Below are positions 10,746 to 19,815 of a stretch of DNA of 64,000 nucleotides, piece by piece. Source of the DNA: Diplonema japonicum (lineage: Eukaryota; Protista; Euglenozoa: Diplonemea). How positions within the stretch are numbered: position 1 is the first letter of the stretch; each line of letters opens with the position of its first letter. The DNA is taken from contig OZ025665.1 in assembly GCA_964019335.1 (NCBI GenBank), positions 434,001-498,000 of the forward strand. Direction: 5' to 3'. The notes beneath the pieces were generated by a model. The model searched no databases, was not told where the DNA came from, and was given only the letters and a program-made list of their open reading frames with translations. The translations under genes were made by a program, and so were the position numbers.

Positions 10746-13700
10746 CTATCTATTAATGCTCCCCTTCTGGAGCATAGCCTTCGTTCCTATTGTCGCCTTT
10801 AAAGCTTTTCGTAGTCTCGACACGCGTTCTTTCTTGTATGTCCCTTTCAACTCCTGTAGCTTTTGCGCTGTCTGTCTTGATGCGAAGATCGGTCTCCTGT
10901 TAAAGCCTATTGCAGCCTTGCCTCCGATCGCTGTGAGCGACTTGACCCTCTTTGCCCCGTCCGCAGGGAAGGGGCGTCTTATCCGTCTCGTTCTGCACAC
11001 TGCGTTGGCTCTCTCCACCAACAGCTTGATTCTGCGTGCCTTCCTCTGCATGTTGTAGACTCCCAGTGACTTTCCGGTTGTCTCCTCAAAGTCGAGTGCA
11101 AGTTCAGCTGCCGAAACCTCCGAGTCGGTGTCGCCCTCCACCCATCGCAGCTTTCCCATCCATTCCAGTAGTGGTTCCCCGAATTGCTCCAGCAGTCCCA
11201 CCACTGTCCCCAGCTGTGCTGTCGTCGGTACCGGGGTCACTTTGCCTGTCACTTCCCGCTCCCATGGTAGCTTCTTGTTGCCGCCTTCTGCCTGCATCAG
11301 CCCTTCGTCCCGCTTTTCCACCACCATTGCCAGGTATCGCTGCAGCTTCTCCAGGTGTTCGAACCCGTTCCCCCTTGGTAGGATGGCATGCAGCTCGAGG
11401 CAGAGCGGCCATCCCGTCCTGTCGCGCAGTGGTTCCATCTCCTCCCGTATCAGCTCCTCTCGTGCTGGCGGGCACTCGTACAGCTGGTGGCGTAGCAGTG
11501 TTACTGTGTCCGCATGCTTGGTCGGGCAGAGGTCACATTCAAATCCCGACTCGTCTTGTCCTTCATGCGCCGCTGGCTCGTCTTGATCTTCCTCTTCTTC
11601 GCTCCGTCCCTCGGACTCGTCGTCCTCCTTCGTGGGGGGTACACACTTTGGTCCTGCTCTGGCATACGGACTTAGGTAGGGGATCCCTCCCGCAATTACC
11701 CTCTTGATACAGAAAGCTAGATGGCGATCTTTAGCTGTCCTCCAGAGGTCATTCGTTTTGGGATCTGCTCCTTCCCCGAGTCCGCTGACCGTCTTCCGTT
11801 CCGTTGCTAGTGTCGCACTCCTGGCTGCCCTTACAGCCGCCCTGAAGGCGCTTCCTCGCTTGGGCCACTCAAGTTCTGTGGCTATTTCCATCTTCTCCCA
11901 GTCCCATCCGATTCTCGGCATCCACCTGCATATCAGATTCCCCACCGGTCCCAGGGGGGTCCTCTGTGAGCCGTACCTCTGCACTATTTGTCGCACTCTC
12001 TGTCCAAGACCTGTCCTTTCCAGCGCGCTCGATATCACTTTTAGCGAGTGACAGATGACGTAGGACAACGGGTCATTGATGTGTCCTTTCAGCAAAACCG
12101 TATTCACCGCTGCAGGCGATCGTCCTCGGAAGTGAGGCCCCCATAGGTTGCAGGTCACTCTCGTTGTTAGCTTCTTCAGCGCCTCATCACTCGGAGGGGA
12201 GAACGGGCTGCTGTAGAGGCACGACGGCAAGACCGATGTTCCAATCAGGTATCCTTTTGTTTCGAAGGACAGGCTTGTCCCTCCCAGCCGGTCTAGCTTG
12301 TTGGCCGCTTCCGTCGCTGGCTCGTTCCACGTCGTTCCTGTCCTGTTCGTGAACACCATCACGCCCAGTGCCTTGAACGACGTCACTGTTCTATAGGGGA
12401 CTGCGACCTCTCTCCCTTTCTGTGTTACTGTCCTATCACCCAGCACTTTTGACCGGAAGCCCTTCTTCGTGCCAAACGCTACCGTTTTCTCCGGGTTAAG
12501 CTTCATCCCAGTGAGTCCGCAGAACTCCAAAGTTCCGTTTACCGCAGCCTGCAAGGTCTTCTCCAACTCTGCCAGAAGGTACGTGTCATCTGCATAGGAC
12601 AGAACCTCCGTTCCAGGTGCTTCCTTCTCGATTGTCCTGATCATCACCGCCAGTAAGGCGTTTATAATGATCACCGACAGCGGGCACCCCTGGAGTATCC
12701 CATTCGTTGCTTTAAAGGTGGCCCCTATTCCTATGGGGAACTTGAATCTCCTCGAGATTTGCCCGTACATTCCTTGGAGTGCTCGTGCGATTGCTGGGTC
12801 TAGTCCCAGGGCCAGCATCAGTTCGTGCGACAATTGTTGCGGGACCAGGTCGAAGCACTTCCTGAAGTCCAATGCAAGTCCTTCTAGCGGCTCGTCCTCC
12901 ACCAGTGCCAGTTCTAGCTTCGTGCATAAGTCAATCAGCGCCGAGGTCGTGCTGTGTTTAGGCCTGAAACCATGTTGTCGTGGTGTGATCCACCTCTCCT
13001 GCCATTTCAGTACCTGCACCAGTCGTGCACTTGCCCACAGCCGGTAAATGGTACTGGTCACTGTGATCGGTCGGTGATCCAGAGGTGCCGTTCCTTCCCC
13101 CTTTGGGATGAGGGATACGAGTGCCGTCGTGACCTGCATCGGCCATTCGCCCGTCTCCTCTATCAAGTTGAAGAGGTCCGCAAACGCTTGTAGGATCGGA
13201 GCCGGCAGGCGCTTCAACTCACCAATCCGCCAGCCGTCCACGCCGCATGCCCCCTTGTCCGCTTTCTTACCGATCACCTCTTTCAGCAGCTTGGCGTCGA
13301 TGGGGGCGTGTGCCATCGGGTTGCTCTTGATGTGCTCACCGTACCGTCTCTGGAACTCGTCGAACTGCGGCTCGTCTTCTGGTGTTCGTGCGCAGAAGAT
13401 GTCCGACCACGCCGTCCGCATCACTTTGTCCATCTTCTTCAGGTTGGCCGTCACTCCCCCGTCTGCTGCATCCACTGTTTGTGTCCCTTGCTTGGTGCTG
13501 TTATTCATCCAGGCCGTCACGTGCCTTCTCTCCTTCGCGAAGTTTGTGCGGATCGAACGTTCGTAGGCACGCGTTTGTGCTCTTTTCCTGCTCGTTATCA
13601 GGTCAGCAAGCTCTCCCTCGGTGAAGCATTCAGCCACTTCTAGGTCCTCCTGGATCACGTCTACGCTCTCTGCGTCGTCCACACGGCAGTGTTCTATCCC

Positions 13701-15098
13701 CAGCTCTCCTCCTAGCTTTGAGATGTTCCTCAACAAGTTACGGGTCTCTGTCGACATCACTCCGCAGCCTCCTTCCTCCTGCAGTCGCGATATCCTGTCT
13801 TGTCCTGCTCGTATCTTCTTCTTGAGCTTCTCGAGCCGTATCTGCCTGGTGGGGGCAGCCCCGACTGCCGTCCCCGTCGACCTCGCGCTTAGTTCCATGG
13901 GTATTGGCCTCCGCACGTTTCCCCTCCCTGTGTACGATCCTCGTGATGGTCCTTCGTACCCATGTAAGAGGTACGTCTCCGCCATGTTCGAGATTTCCGT
14001 CAGCGCTTCTGTCGGCTTCTTTGCTGCGATGTACTCCTTGTATCTCGACTCCTGCACCAGGTTTGCCGCCACCGCGGCAGGCGCTCTCTTCGTCTTCGGG
14101 ATCTCCTGCGGCACCACATATCTCAGGACTTCCTGGTGGAAGGCCGGGACGTTGAGGGTCACGGCCAAGCAGCGGTGATCTGAGCCCAGAATTGAGCCGT
14201 CCACCCTACAGTGTCTGAGGCCCTGCGCTGCCACCGCGTTCAACAAGATCCTGTCAATCCTTGTCCCACAGTTGGTCTTCACGAAGGTGTCCTCCAGTGG
14301 TGTCCCTTCCCGCCTCGCACAGAAGTCCGCGGCGTCAATCCAATCTGTCTGCAGGGCTTTCTTCAGTACTGGGGATCGGTGTTCATCGGTGTTGAAATCC
14401 CCCACCACCGCCACTGGCACGTTCCCAAGCTCAAACCTCAGGCGGTGCAGTATGTAGTTCAGGAGTTCCTCTCGCTTTCCCTTCTTGATGGGGTCCTGGC
14501 CGGAGTGGCAGTAGACGTTCACTATGTGGAACCAGCGTTTGTCGGCGTCTAGCGACACCTTGACGTGCGTCCACCGATCTTTGTGCGGTCCGCTCGTTTC
14601 ACATCGAACTGCTGTCCTCGGCTTCTTCACCAGTGTTCCCAGCCCTCCTCGTTCTGCTATGGTCAGCGAGGTGACTCCCTTGGACTTCCTCCCCGGTTGC
14701 GGTTTGCTCCACAGCCTTTCGTACTGCTTCCCCCACTCGTCCTCTCTCAGTACTCGTTCTATTTCCAACTGCGTTTGCGCCGTGAGTGCCGTCTCCTGCA
14801 TGCAGAACACATCCGGGAGGACACCCGCGTACTCTCCGAGACGGTTGTTCAATGACGATCCATTATGTGTTAGGATCGTGAAGCTATTCCCCGCTGGCGG
14901 GCGGGGCACGATGGGTCCCGGGTTTGGCTCTATCCCATCCACGACCAGTCGCTCGAATTTCTTTTCGGCTAACCCTTTTGGGTCATATTTCGATGGTTCA
15001 AGTGATGTTGATGATGATGATGTTACTGATGATATCGATTTTGATGATGATGAGGGGAGGGGATTGGCGCGTGAGTGGGGGTCATCGTTCACTTCATG
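10746..15098 (-). CDS. element A ORF2: linker + 2A-like peptide, APE endonuclease, reverse transcriptase, C-terminal CCHC-like finger
   Basis: DGIEPNPGP. APE motifs MQET, VNVY, GDFN, RIDRIL, SDH. RT motifs RPITV, QHGFRP, DFRKCFD, GILQGCPLS, YADD. CDLC..H...C. No in-frame AUG before the APE domain. Confidence 0.93.
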   Translation of the reverse strand, partial: HEVNDDPHSRANPLPSSSSKSISSVTSSSSTSLEPSKYDPKGLAEKKFERLVVDGIEPNPGPIVPRPPAGNSFTILTHNGSSLNNRLGEYAGVLPDVFCMQETALTAQTQLEIERVLREDEWGKQYERLWSKPQPGRKSKGVTSLTIAERGGLGTLVKKPRTAVRCETSGPHKDRWTHVKVSLDADKRWFHIVNVYCHSGQDPIKKGKREELLNYILHRLRFELGNVPVAVVGDFNTDEHRSPVLKKALQTDWIDAADFCARREGTPLEDTFVKTNCGTRIDRILLNAVAAQGLRHCRVDGSILGSDHRCLAVTLNVPAFHQEVLRYVVPQEIPKTKRAPAAVAANLVQESRYKEYIAAKKPTEALTEISNMAETYLLHGYEGPSRGSYTGRGNVRRPIPMELSARSTGTAVGAAPTRQIRLEKLKKKIRAGQDRISRLQEEGGCGVMSTETRNLLRNISKLGGELGIEHCRVDDAESVDVIQEDLEVAECFTEGELADLITSRKRAQTRAYERSIRTNFAKERRHVTAWMNNSTKQGTQTVDAADGGVTANLKKMDKVMRTAWSDIFCARTPEDEPQFDEFQRRYGEHIKSNPMAHAPIDAKLLKEVIGKKADKGACGVDGWRIGELKRLPAPILQAFADLFNLIEETGEWPMQVTTALVSLIPKGEGTAPLDHRPITVTSTIYRLWASARLVQVLKWQERWITPRQHGFRPKHSTTSALIDLCTKLELALVEDEPLEGLALDFRKCFDLVPQQLSHELMLALGLDPAIARALQGMYGQISRRFKFPIGIGATFKATNGILQGCPLSVIIINALLAVMIRTIEKEAPGTEVLSYADDTYLLAELEKTLQAAVNGTLEFCGLTGMKLNPEKTVAFGTKKGFRSKVLGDRTVTQKGREVAVPYRTVTSFKALGVMVFTNRTGTTWNEPATEAANKLDRLGGTSLSFETKGYLIGTSVLPSCLYSSPFSPPSDEALKKLTTRVTCNLWGPHFRGRSPAAVNTVLLKGHINDPLSYVICHSLKVISSALERTGLGQRVRQIVQRYGSQRTPLGPVGNLICRWMPRIGWDWEKMEIATELEWPKRGSAFRAAVRAARSATLATERKTVSGLGEGADPKTNDLWRTAKDRHLAFCIKRVIAGGIPYLSPYARAGPKCVPPTKEDDESEGRSEEEEDQDEPAAHEGQDESGFECDLCPTKHADTVTLLRHQLYECPPAREELIREEMEPLRDRTGWPLCLELHAILPRGNGFEHLEKLQRYLAMVVEKRDEGLMQAEGGNKKLPWEREVTGKVTPVPTTAQLGTVVGLLEQFGEPLLEWMGKLRWVEGDTDSEVSAAELALDFEETTGKSLGVYNMQRKARRIKLLVERANAVCRTRRIRRPFPADGAKRVKSLTAIGGKAAIGFNRRPIFASRQTAQKLQELKGTYKKERVSRLRKALKATIGTKAMLQKGSINR

Positions 15099-17381
15099 TC
15101 ACTTCGCGCATGCTCGGCAAACACACACCATACAATCCTGCTGGAGGCACTTTACACCTTGTCTCTTCTTCGTGAGGGCCTCCCCACAAACACTGCATCC
15201 CGCGTCCCAGTGATGGAACACATTGTTGAAAACGTGTGAGCTCCCGGTCGCCTTGCAGATTCTCCAATCGCAATCTTCGTCCTCGTCCTCTCCCTCTGGT
15301 TCTCGTTCCATTTCCTCGTCTTCTTCTGTTGGTGGGGGTCCCAAGTCGTCGTCATCGTCCGTAAAGTCAAAAGATTGTTCTTTTCCTTGGGCTATTTTCT
15401 GTGCGAAGGTCTGTCCAAGGGGGGCCGGCCCGCTCTTAACCTGCTTCATCAGTTCCCCGATCTGTTTGGACATCATGTCCATTTGCGTCCCCATTTTCTG
15501 GACTTCCCTCTCCAGTCGGGCGTTTTCCTGCCTTAGCCTCTCTACCTCCGCTGTAGGTTTGACCTCCGGTGTCGGTCCTCCCGCGATCTTTTTAAGGGCG
15601 TGCTCGATGGCGGTGAGCCTGTCTTCCACTGCAGAGGTTTGTTGTTTGTTCTCTGCTGTCTTTGTCTTCTGCGCTTTCTCAGTCGAGGCACCACCTGTGC
15701 TGGGGCGTGGTCCTGTCTGCTTTGAGTCCGATTGCTTTCCGTGTCTGGCGGGGTCGCTTGTGCTGGGCCGTGGTCCCCCCTGTGTCGGGCCATTCTTGAG
15801 AGCGTTCAGGAACGACTTTCCCGGTGTTGCCGCCCTGCCCCACACCTGGGTTGTCCTCGGCTTACCGTTCGGTGGTGGTCCCTCATCCTGAGCAATCCTG
15901 CAATGCAGAACGTCCCCCTGCGGTCCCGTAATACGGAGGGATGTCGTCGGCGGTTGCGGTCCTCGTATCAGCCAGCACTTCGTGTTGCCCGCCCAGCTGC
16001 CGCGCACTGGTACACCATTCCATCCTATGGCCCGCAGGATGTGTCGCACCTGCACTTCCCCCGCCTCACGGTAGAGCCCCGAGAGTCTCCACATCGGCTC
16101 CCCGTGTTGTCCGCTCTTCCTCGTCTCCTCTCCGAGTATTCGGCTAAGCAGCGGAATCTTCCCTTCTTCTGTGGTTCTGACACCTAGTCTCCCGTCGGAC
16201 TCCCTCAGGGCCAGGCCGTGTCCCTCGCCGAAGCTCAGCGCCTGTTCCAGCGTGGTCTCTTTCGGCAGCCATGCAACTGGCTGCGGCTTGCCATCCCTTG
16301 GTTTGATGAAGACCCCTTTGCTTCCGGACCCCTTTACCATGTTGGCGAGCTCGACCTTCGGCAACGTCACCAGTGCGTCTACGTGGGGGTTCGGGCCGCT
16401 CGACACCTTGGACACTGCTATGATCGACTCGAACTTGAGGACTTCTGTCAGCCACTTCCTTGGCGACGTTGCCGCCGTCTCCCACAGTGAAGAAGGTACA
16501 TATGCCTTCGGTATGATTACCGCTGCCCTGCTGTAGTGCTCCCCTAACTTTACGTCCCGTGTGTCCTCCCTTGTGACGCGTTCTATTTTTCCGGATAGTA
16601 ATAGCACGAACATCCGTCTGTTGGAGTATGCCTTCCCATCTTGCAGAACGATGTCGTGCTTGTGTCTTCCTTCACCGTCCTTCTTCAGCAATAAGGCCTT
16701 GTTCCCCGTCCACTCCTGTCCTGCTGCCTCCTCCACGCACTTTTCACTGGCCATCGCTACCCCGTCCTTGCCCTCGAGTAACTCCTCCCACGTTACGAAA
16801 GGGACGTTGTACTGGTCGCTTTCTAGCTTCCACGCCCTTTCCTCCTTCTTCGTCATCCTTGCTTTTCGTTGTGGTTTGCCGACCACCGTCCACGCCTTCT
16901 TCTGTCCATCCGCTACGGGGACCCCTACTTTTGGGGGGGTGAAGTCCGTAGCTGTCACCCCTTTCAGTGCCGACGGTGTCCTCGGCTCGATGACGCCGTA
17001 GAAGGACTTCCCGTCGAAGGCGATGTGGACCGGCTTCTGTCCCTTCTTCGGTTTCCCAGGCACCGGGTAGACGATGAAGGTGTCCCCTGAGAAGGTGGCG
17101 ACGTTGATGTCCATCCGCGTGGCCCTAGCCACTGCCAGCACACAGACCAGGTCTGCGCTCGTCCCGTCCTTCGAGTGGGCGACACAGTACTCGTCGTAGT
17201 CTGTGCCTTCCTCAAGGAGCTTCGTGTACTCCTTGTCGTTGCCCCGCAGCTCCTGCACCATGAGGCGCCGCACCTCATGTCCCTTCTTTCCCGTCTTCGA
17301 CCCCGCCACCGCGTACAGCCCTCCGGCTCCTCCCTCCAGCCCCAGGCCGTACCCGCGTAACCCCGCTCGCAGTCTCTCCAT
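15099..17381 (-). CDS. element A ORF1: OTU-like domain (catalytic residues absent), RRM-like region, coiled coil, C-terminal Cys/His zinc-binding domain
   Basis: 760-aa ORF directly upstream of ORF2 and collinear with element B ORF1. Ends H..CSVC..C..C..CRAC. Confidence 0.85.
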   Translation of the reverse strand: MERLRAGLRGYGLGLEGGAGGLYAVAGSKTGKKGHEVRRLMVQELRGNDKEYTKLLEEGTDYDEYCVAHSKDGTSADLVCVLAVARATRMDINVATFSGDTFIVYPVPGKPKKGQKPVHIAFDGKSFYGVIEPRTPSALKGVTATDFTPPKVGVPVADGQKKAWTVVGKPQRKARMTKKEERAWKLESDQYNVPFVTWEELLEGKDGVAMASEKCVEEAAGQEWTGNKALLLKKDGEGRHKHDIVLQDGKAYSNRRMFVLLLSGKIERVTREDTRDVKLGEHYSRAAVIIPKAYVPSSLWETAATSPRKWLTEVLKFESIIAVSKVSSGPNPHVDALVTLPKVELANMVKGSGSKGVFIKPRDGKPQPVAWLPKETTLEQALSFGEGHGLALRESDGRLGVRTTEEGKIPLLSRILGEETRKSGQHGEPMWRLSGLYREAGEVQVRHILRAIGWNGVPVRGSWAGNTKCWLIRGPQPPTTSLRITGPQGDVLHCRIAQDEGPPPNGKPRTTQVWGRAATPGKSFLNALKNGPTQGGPRPSTSDPARHGKQSDSKQTGPRPSTGGASTEKAQKTKTAENKQQTSAVEDRLTAIEHALKKIAGGPTPEVKPTAEVERLRQENARLEREVQKMGTQMDMMSKQIGELMKQVKSGPAPLGQTFAQKIAQGKEQSFDFTDDDDDLGPPPTEEDEEMEREPEGEDEDEDCDWRICKATGSSHVFNNVFHHWDAGCSVCGEALTKKRQGVKCLQQDCMVCVCRACAK

Positions 17382-17404
17382 ACTGCTCGTCCTCTGCTCT
17401 GCTT

Positions 17405-17450
<46 letters not shown>

Positions 17451-17580
17451 CTTGTCAACTTCAATGTCTTCTTTTACCCTCTTTTAGCTCTCTTTTCTGC
17501 GATCTGCTTTCTCAACTTCTTTCAATTTTCTTTCTTTACAAACCGTATTACCTATTGACTTTATTGGCACGGTCGGACAC

Positions 17581-17596
17581 CAATAAAGTACAGAAA
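17581..17596 (-). other. spliced-leader (mini-exon) 3' relic
   Basis: Minus strand reads TTTCTGTACTTTATTG, the conserved last 16 nt of the kinetoplastid/diplonemid 39-nt SL as recalled (...CAGTTTCTGTACTTTATTG). Confidence 0.75.
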
Positions 17597-17739
17597 AAGA
17601 AAAAAAAAAAAGAAAAAAAAAAAAAAAAAAAAAAAAAAGAGAGAGAAGGGCAAAAAGAAAGAGAGAGAAAATAGAAGTTAGAAAAAAGAGTGTGAAGCTA
17701 GCCGACAGCCGGGACAAGATTGAGACAAACAAACTAATG

Positions 17740-18978
17740 CTAATGTCCAACACAAGCCTCGAGGGCTTCTTCACTGCTGGCGGAAGGCAGCGCAACGCTC
17801 TTCCTCGTAGTGCTGTCCAACTCGATGGCCACATTGTACTGCGTGTCGGAAGACTTGTAAATGATACAGCTGTTGTTCAGAGGTAACTTCATTGTGAAGA
17901 TGAGGACAGGGGCTTGGTGCTCCTGAACCCCACCAGGGAGGAGGATGGTCTTGTAAAACGATGCCCAGTTCGTGACAGCACTCTGGTAGTCAAACGTCCA
18001 TGAGTACCTCGACACAACATGCGGTGTGGTGTTGGCATGTGCCGCCCTTGTCTGCAAAGCCTTCCTGACAACCTGTGGTGTCACCACCTCATTCTTGTCG
18101 AAAGCCATCAATGCCAAATAGTTCCCAGCAAGGTCTGGGGTTATCTTCTCATGCCTGTTTCGGAGGTTCACTGCCATGAATCTTGCCGGCGATGCAGGCC
18201 ACTTGTCAAGCCACCAGCTGGTGATGATATCGTTGGTCGACACAAACCCACCCGCAGCCTGGGCTTCCTTCTTCTTCTTCTCAATGTAGTCACCGCTTAC
18301 CTTGAAGCATCCCAGTCTGTCTTTGCAGCACCATGGTGCAAGGTGAATCCACAGCAATCTATACAAACCGTTTAATATACGAATGTTGTTGTTGGTCTTG
18401 AAGCAAGGGAAGGTGGGGTGGTTGTAGTAGTTCTCAAGGATCTCGTCGTCGTAAGCCTGCTGCCTCTCGACGTTGAGTGTAGTGATCTCCATGTCGGTGG
18501 ACAGCATGTTGAGGTAGGTGTGCAGAGTGGCCCCGTCGCCCAGGGAATGTGACACTGCGAAATACACATGATAGCCTTCCTTGTCAGTGGTCTCCCATGC
18601 TATCACATGCATGAGGTGGGACAGGGTGCTCTTCATGTGATTTGTCAGTGCTTTTCTTACGGAGGCTAGCGGGGTCTCGGGGACGATCTCCTTCAGTGTT
18701 GGGTCGTCTGAGACTTTGAAGACCTTGTCCACATCAGCATCCTCTACTTCCGAAGGGTGCTGCAGGTACCCTTTCCCCATTCCTTCGATTACTACCGTTC
18801 CTCCCAGAATGGGGTTCGCCTTCATGATGCTCAGTATTCTGTCTTTCAAGTACTCCTTGGGCAGGTCTCCTTTGAACCTTAGCAGCACGCCTGTGTGTAC
18901 TGGCGAGATGAGGGCATCGAATTGTAAAAGCCTCACAATATTCATGTCGCGTGTTGTGGTGTTGGTTGTCGATGCCAT
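17740..18978 (-). CDS. HXXXD CoA-dependent acyltransferase (transferase/BAHD-like), copy 1
   Basis: SHSLGDGAT, VSTNDII, NLRNR and LAGNY motifs. ATG at 18978 follows an A-run. Confidence 0.85.
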   Translation of the reverse strand: MASTTNTTTRDMNIVRLLQFDALISPVHTGVLLRFKGDLPKEYLKDRILSIMKANPILGGTVVIEGMGKGYLQHPSEVEDADVDKVFKVSDDPTLKEIVPETPLASVRKALTNHMKSTLSHLMHVIAWETTDKEGYHVYFAVSHSLGDGATLHTYLNMLSTDMEITTLNVERQQAYDDEILENYYNHPTFPCFKTNNNIRILNGLYRLLWIHLAPWCCKDRLGCFKVSGDYIEKKKKEAQAAGGFVSTNDIITSWWLDKWPASPARFMAVNLRNRHEKITPDLAGNYLALMAFDKNEVVTPQVVRKALQTRAAHANTTPHVVSRYSWTFDYQSAVTNWASFYKTILLPGGVQEHQAPVLIFTMKLPLNNSCIIYKSSDTQYNVAIELDSTTRKSVALPSASSEEALEACVGH

Positions 18979-19815
18979 TTTATTTCTTCTTCTTTTTTCT
19001 TTTTTTTTTTTTTTTTTTTTTTGTAGTGTTTCCTTTTTTTTTTTGGTTGCAAACAAATGAGGAGGGAGAAAATGAAATGTAAGATATCAAGTAATACTCA
19101 AGAAAGAAGGGGGGGAAAAAAAACGTAAAAATCACTGCTTCTCGAGTATTTCACATGTCCTGTTATATTGCTAGAATAAAGTATTTAGTCAACTGCATCG
19201 TCCAATACTCCCTTTTGGCGCATCGCCGACGTGACGAAATAAAATGGGCTAAATTCGCACGCTGGTGCGAGCTTCAAGGGAGCTAAACGATCCAGACATG
19301 GCGTGCCACGGGGCATTTATTCGCCGTAAGTTGGTGTGCGCATGTATCTCCAGCTCTCTTTGGGAGGATTTGCCCCCCAATTCGAAGCGCATATGCGGTG
19401 AATCCGGGCCCCTTAAAAGATACAAAAAGGAGTTTTTTCACGTCCGGATAACTTGTTCACCCAAGAAAACGAGGAGCAAAAGAAAGGGGAAGAAAAAAAA
19501 AAAGAAAAAAAAAACCGATGATCATTCTTTTTTTTTTTTTTTTTTTTTTTCCTCTCCCCTTCTTCTTTAGTTCTTTAAAAAAAGCGAACAGGATTCTTAA
19601 TCGCATAGTCTGGTGTCTGGCCCAAAGGCACAAAAAGGCGATTTAGTTACACAAGATAGCCAAAACTGAAAGCTAGAAGAGTTGTTAGGAGGAGAAAAAA
19701 AGAAGGAAAACCGATGCAGTTGGGGAAAGCAGGTGGTAGTGAATTAAATCCGACAGTTTACCAGCGTTGGTACTGGAAGTTTTGTTTCAGTGGTTTACAC
19801 TGAATTAACGTTTAA

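Larger units (their letters stand above)
10575..17596 (-). mobile_element. non-LTR retrotransposon A (two-ORF APE-RT LINE), apparently full length
   Basis: Intact ORF1 and ORF2. The 5' end is marked by an SL-like relic. A candidate A-rich 3' tail lies at ~10575-10614. No TSD identified, so the 3' boundary is approximate. Confidence 0.88.

Noticed and set aside
17540-17596. HDV-like ribozyme as at the 5' end of L1Tc
   Set aside because: Only 12 nt lie between the stem strands, too short for the nested P2/P3/L3 topology.
17540-17620. Bona fide SL RNA gene, or an SL-site-specific element (SLACS/CRE type)
   Set aside because: The 5' part of the SL and the GTATG intron start are absent, no SL sequence is seen at the 3' flank, and the element has an APE rather than a restriction-like endonuclease.
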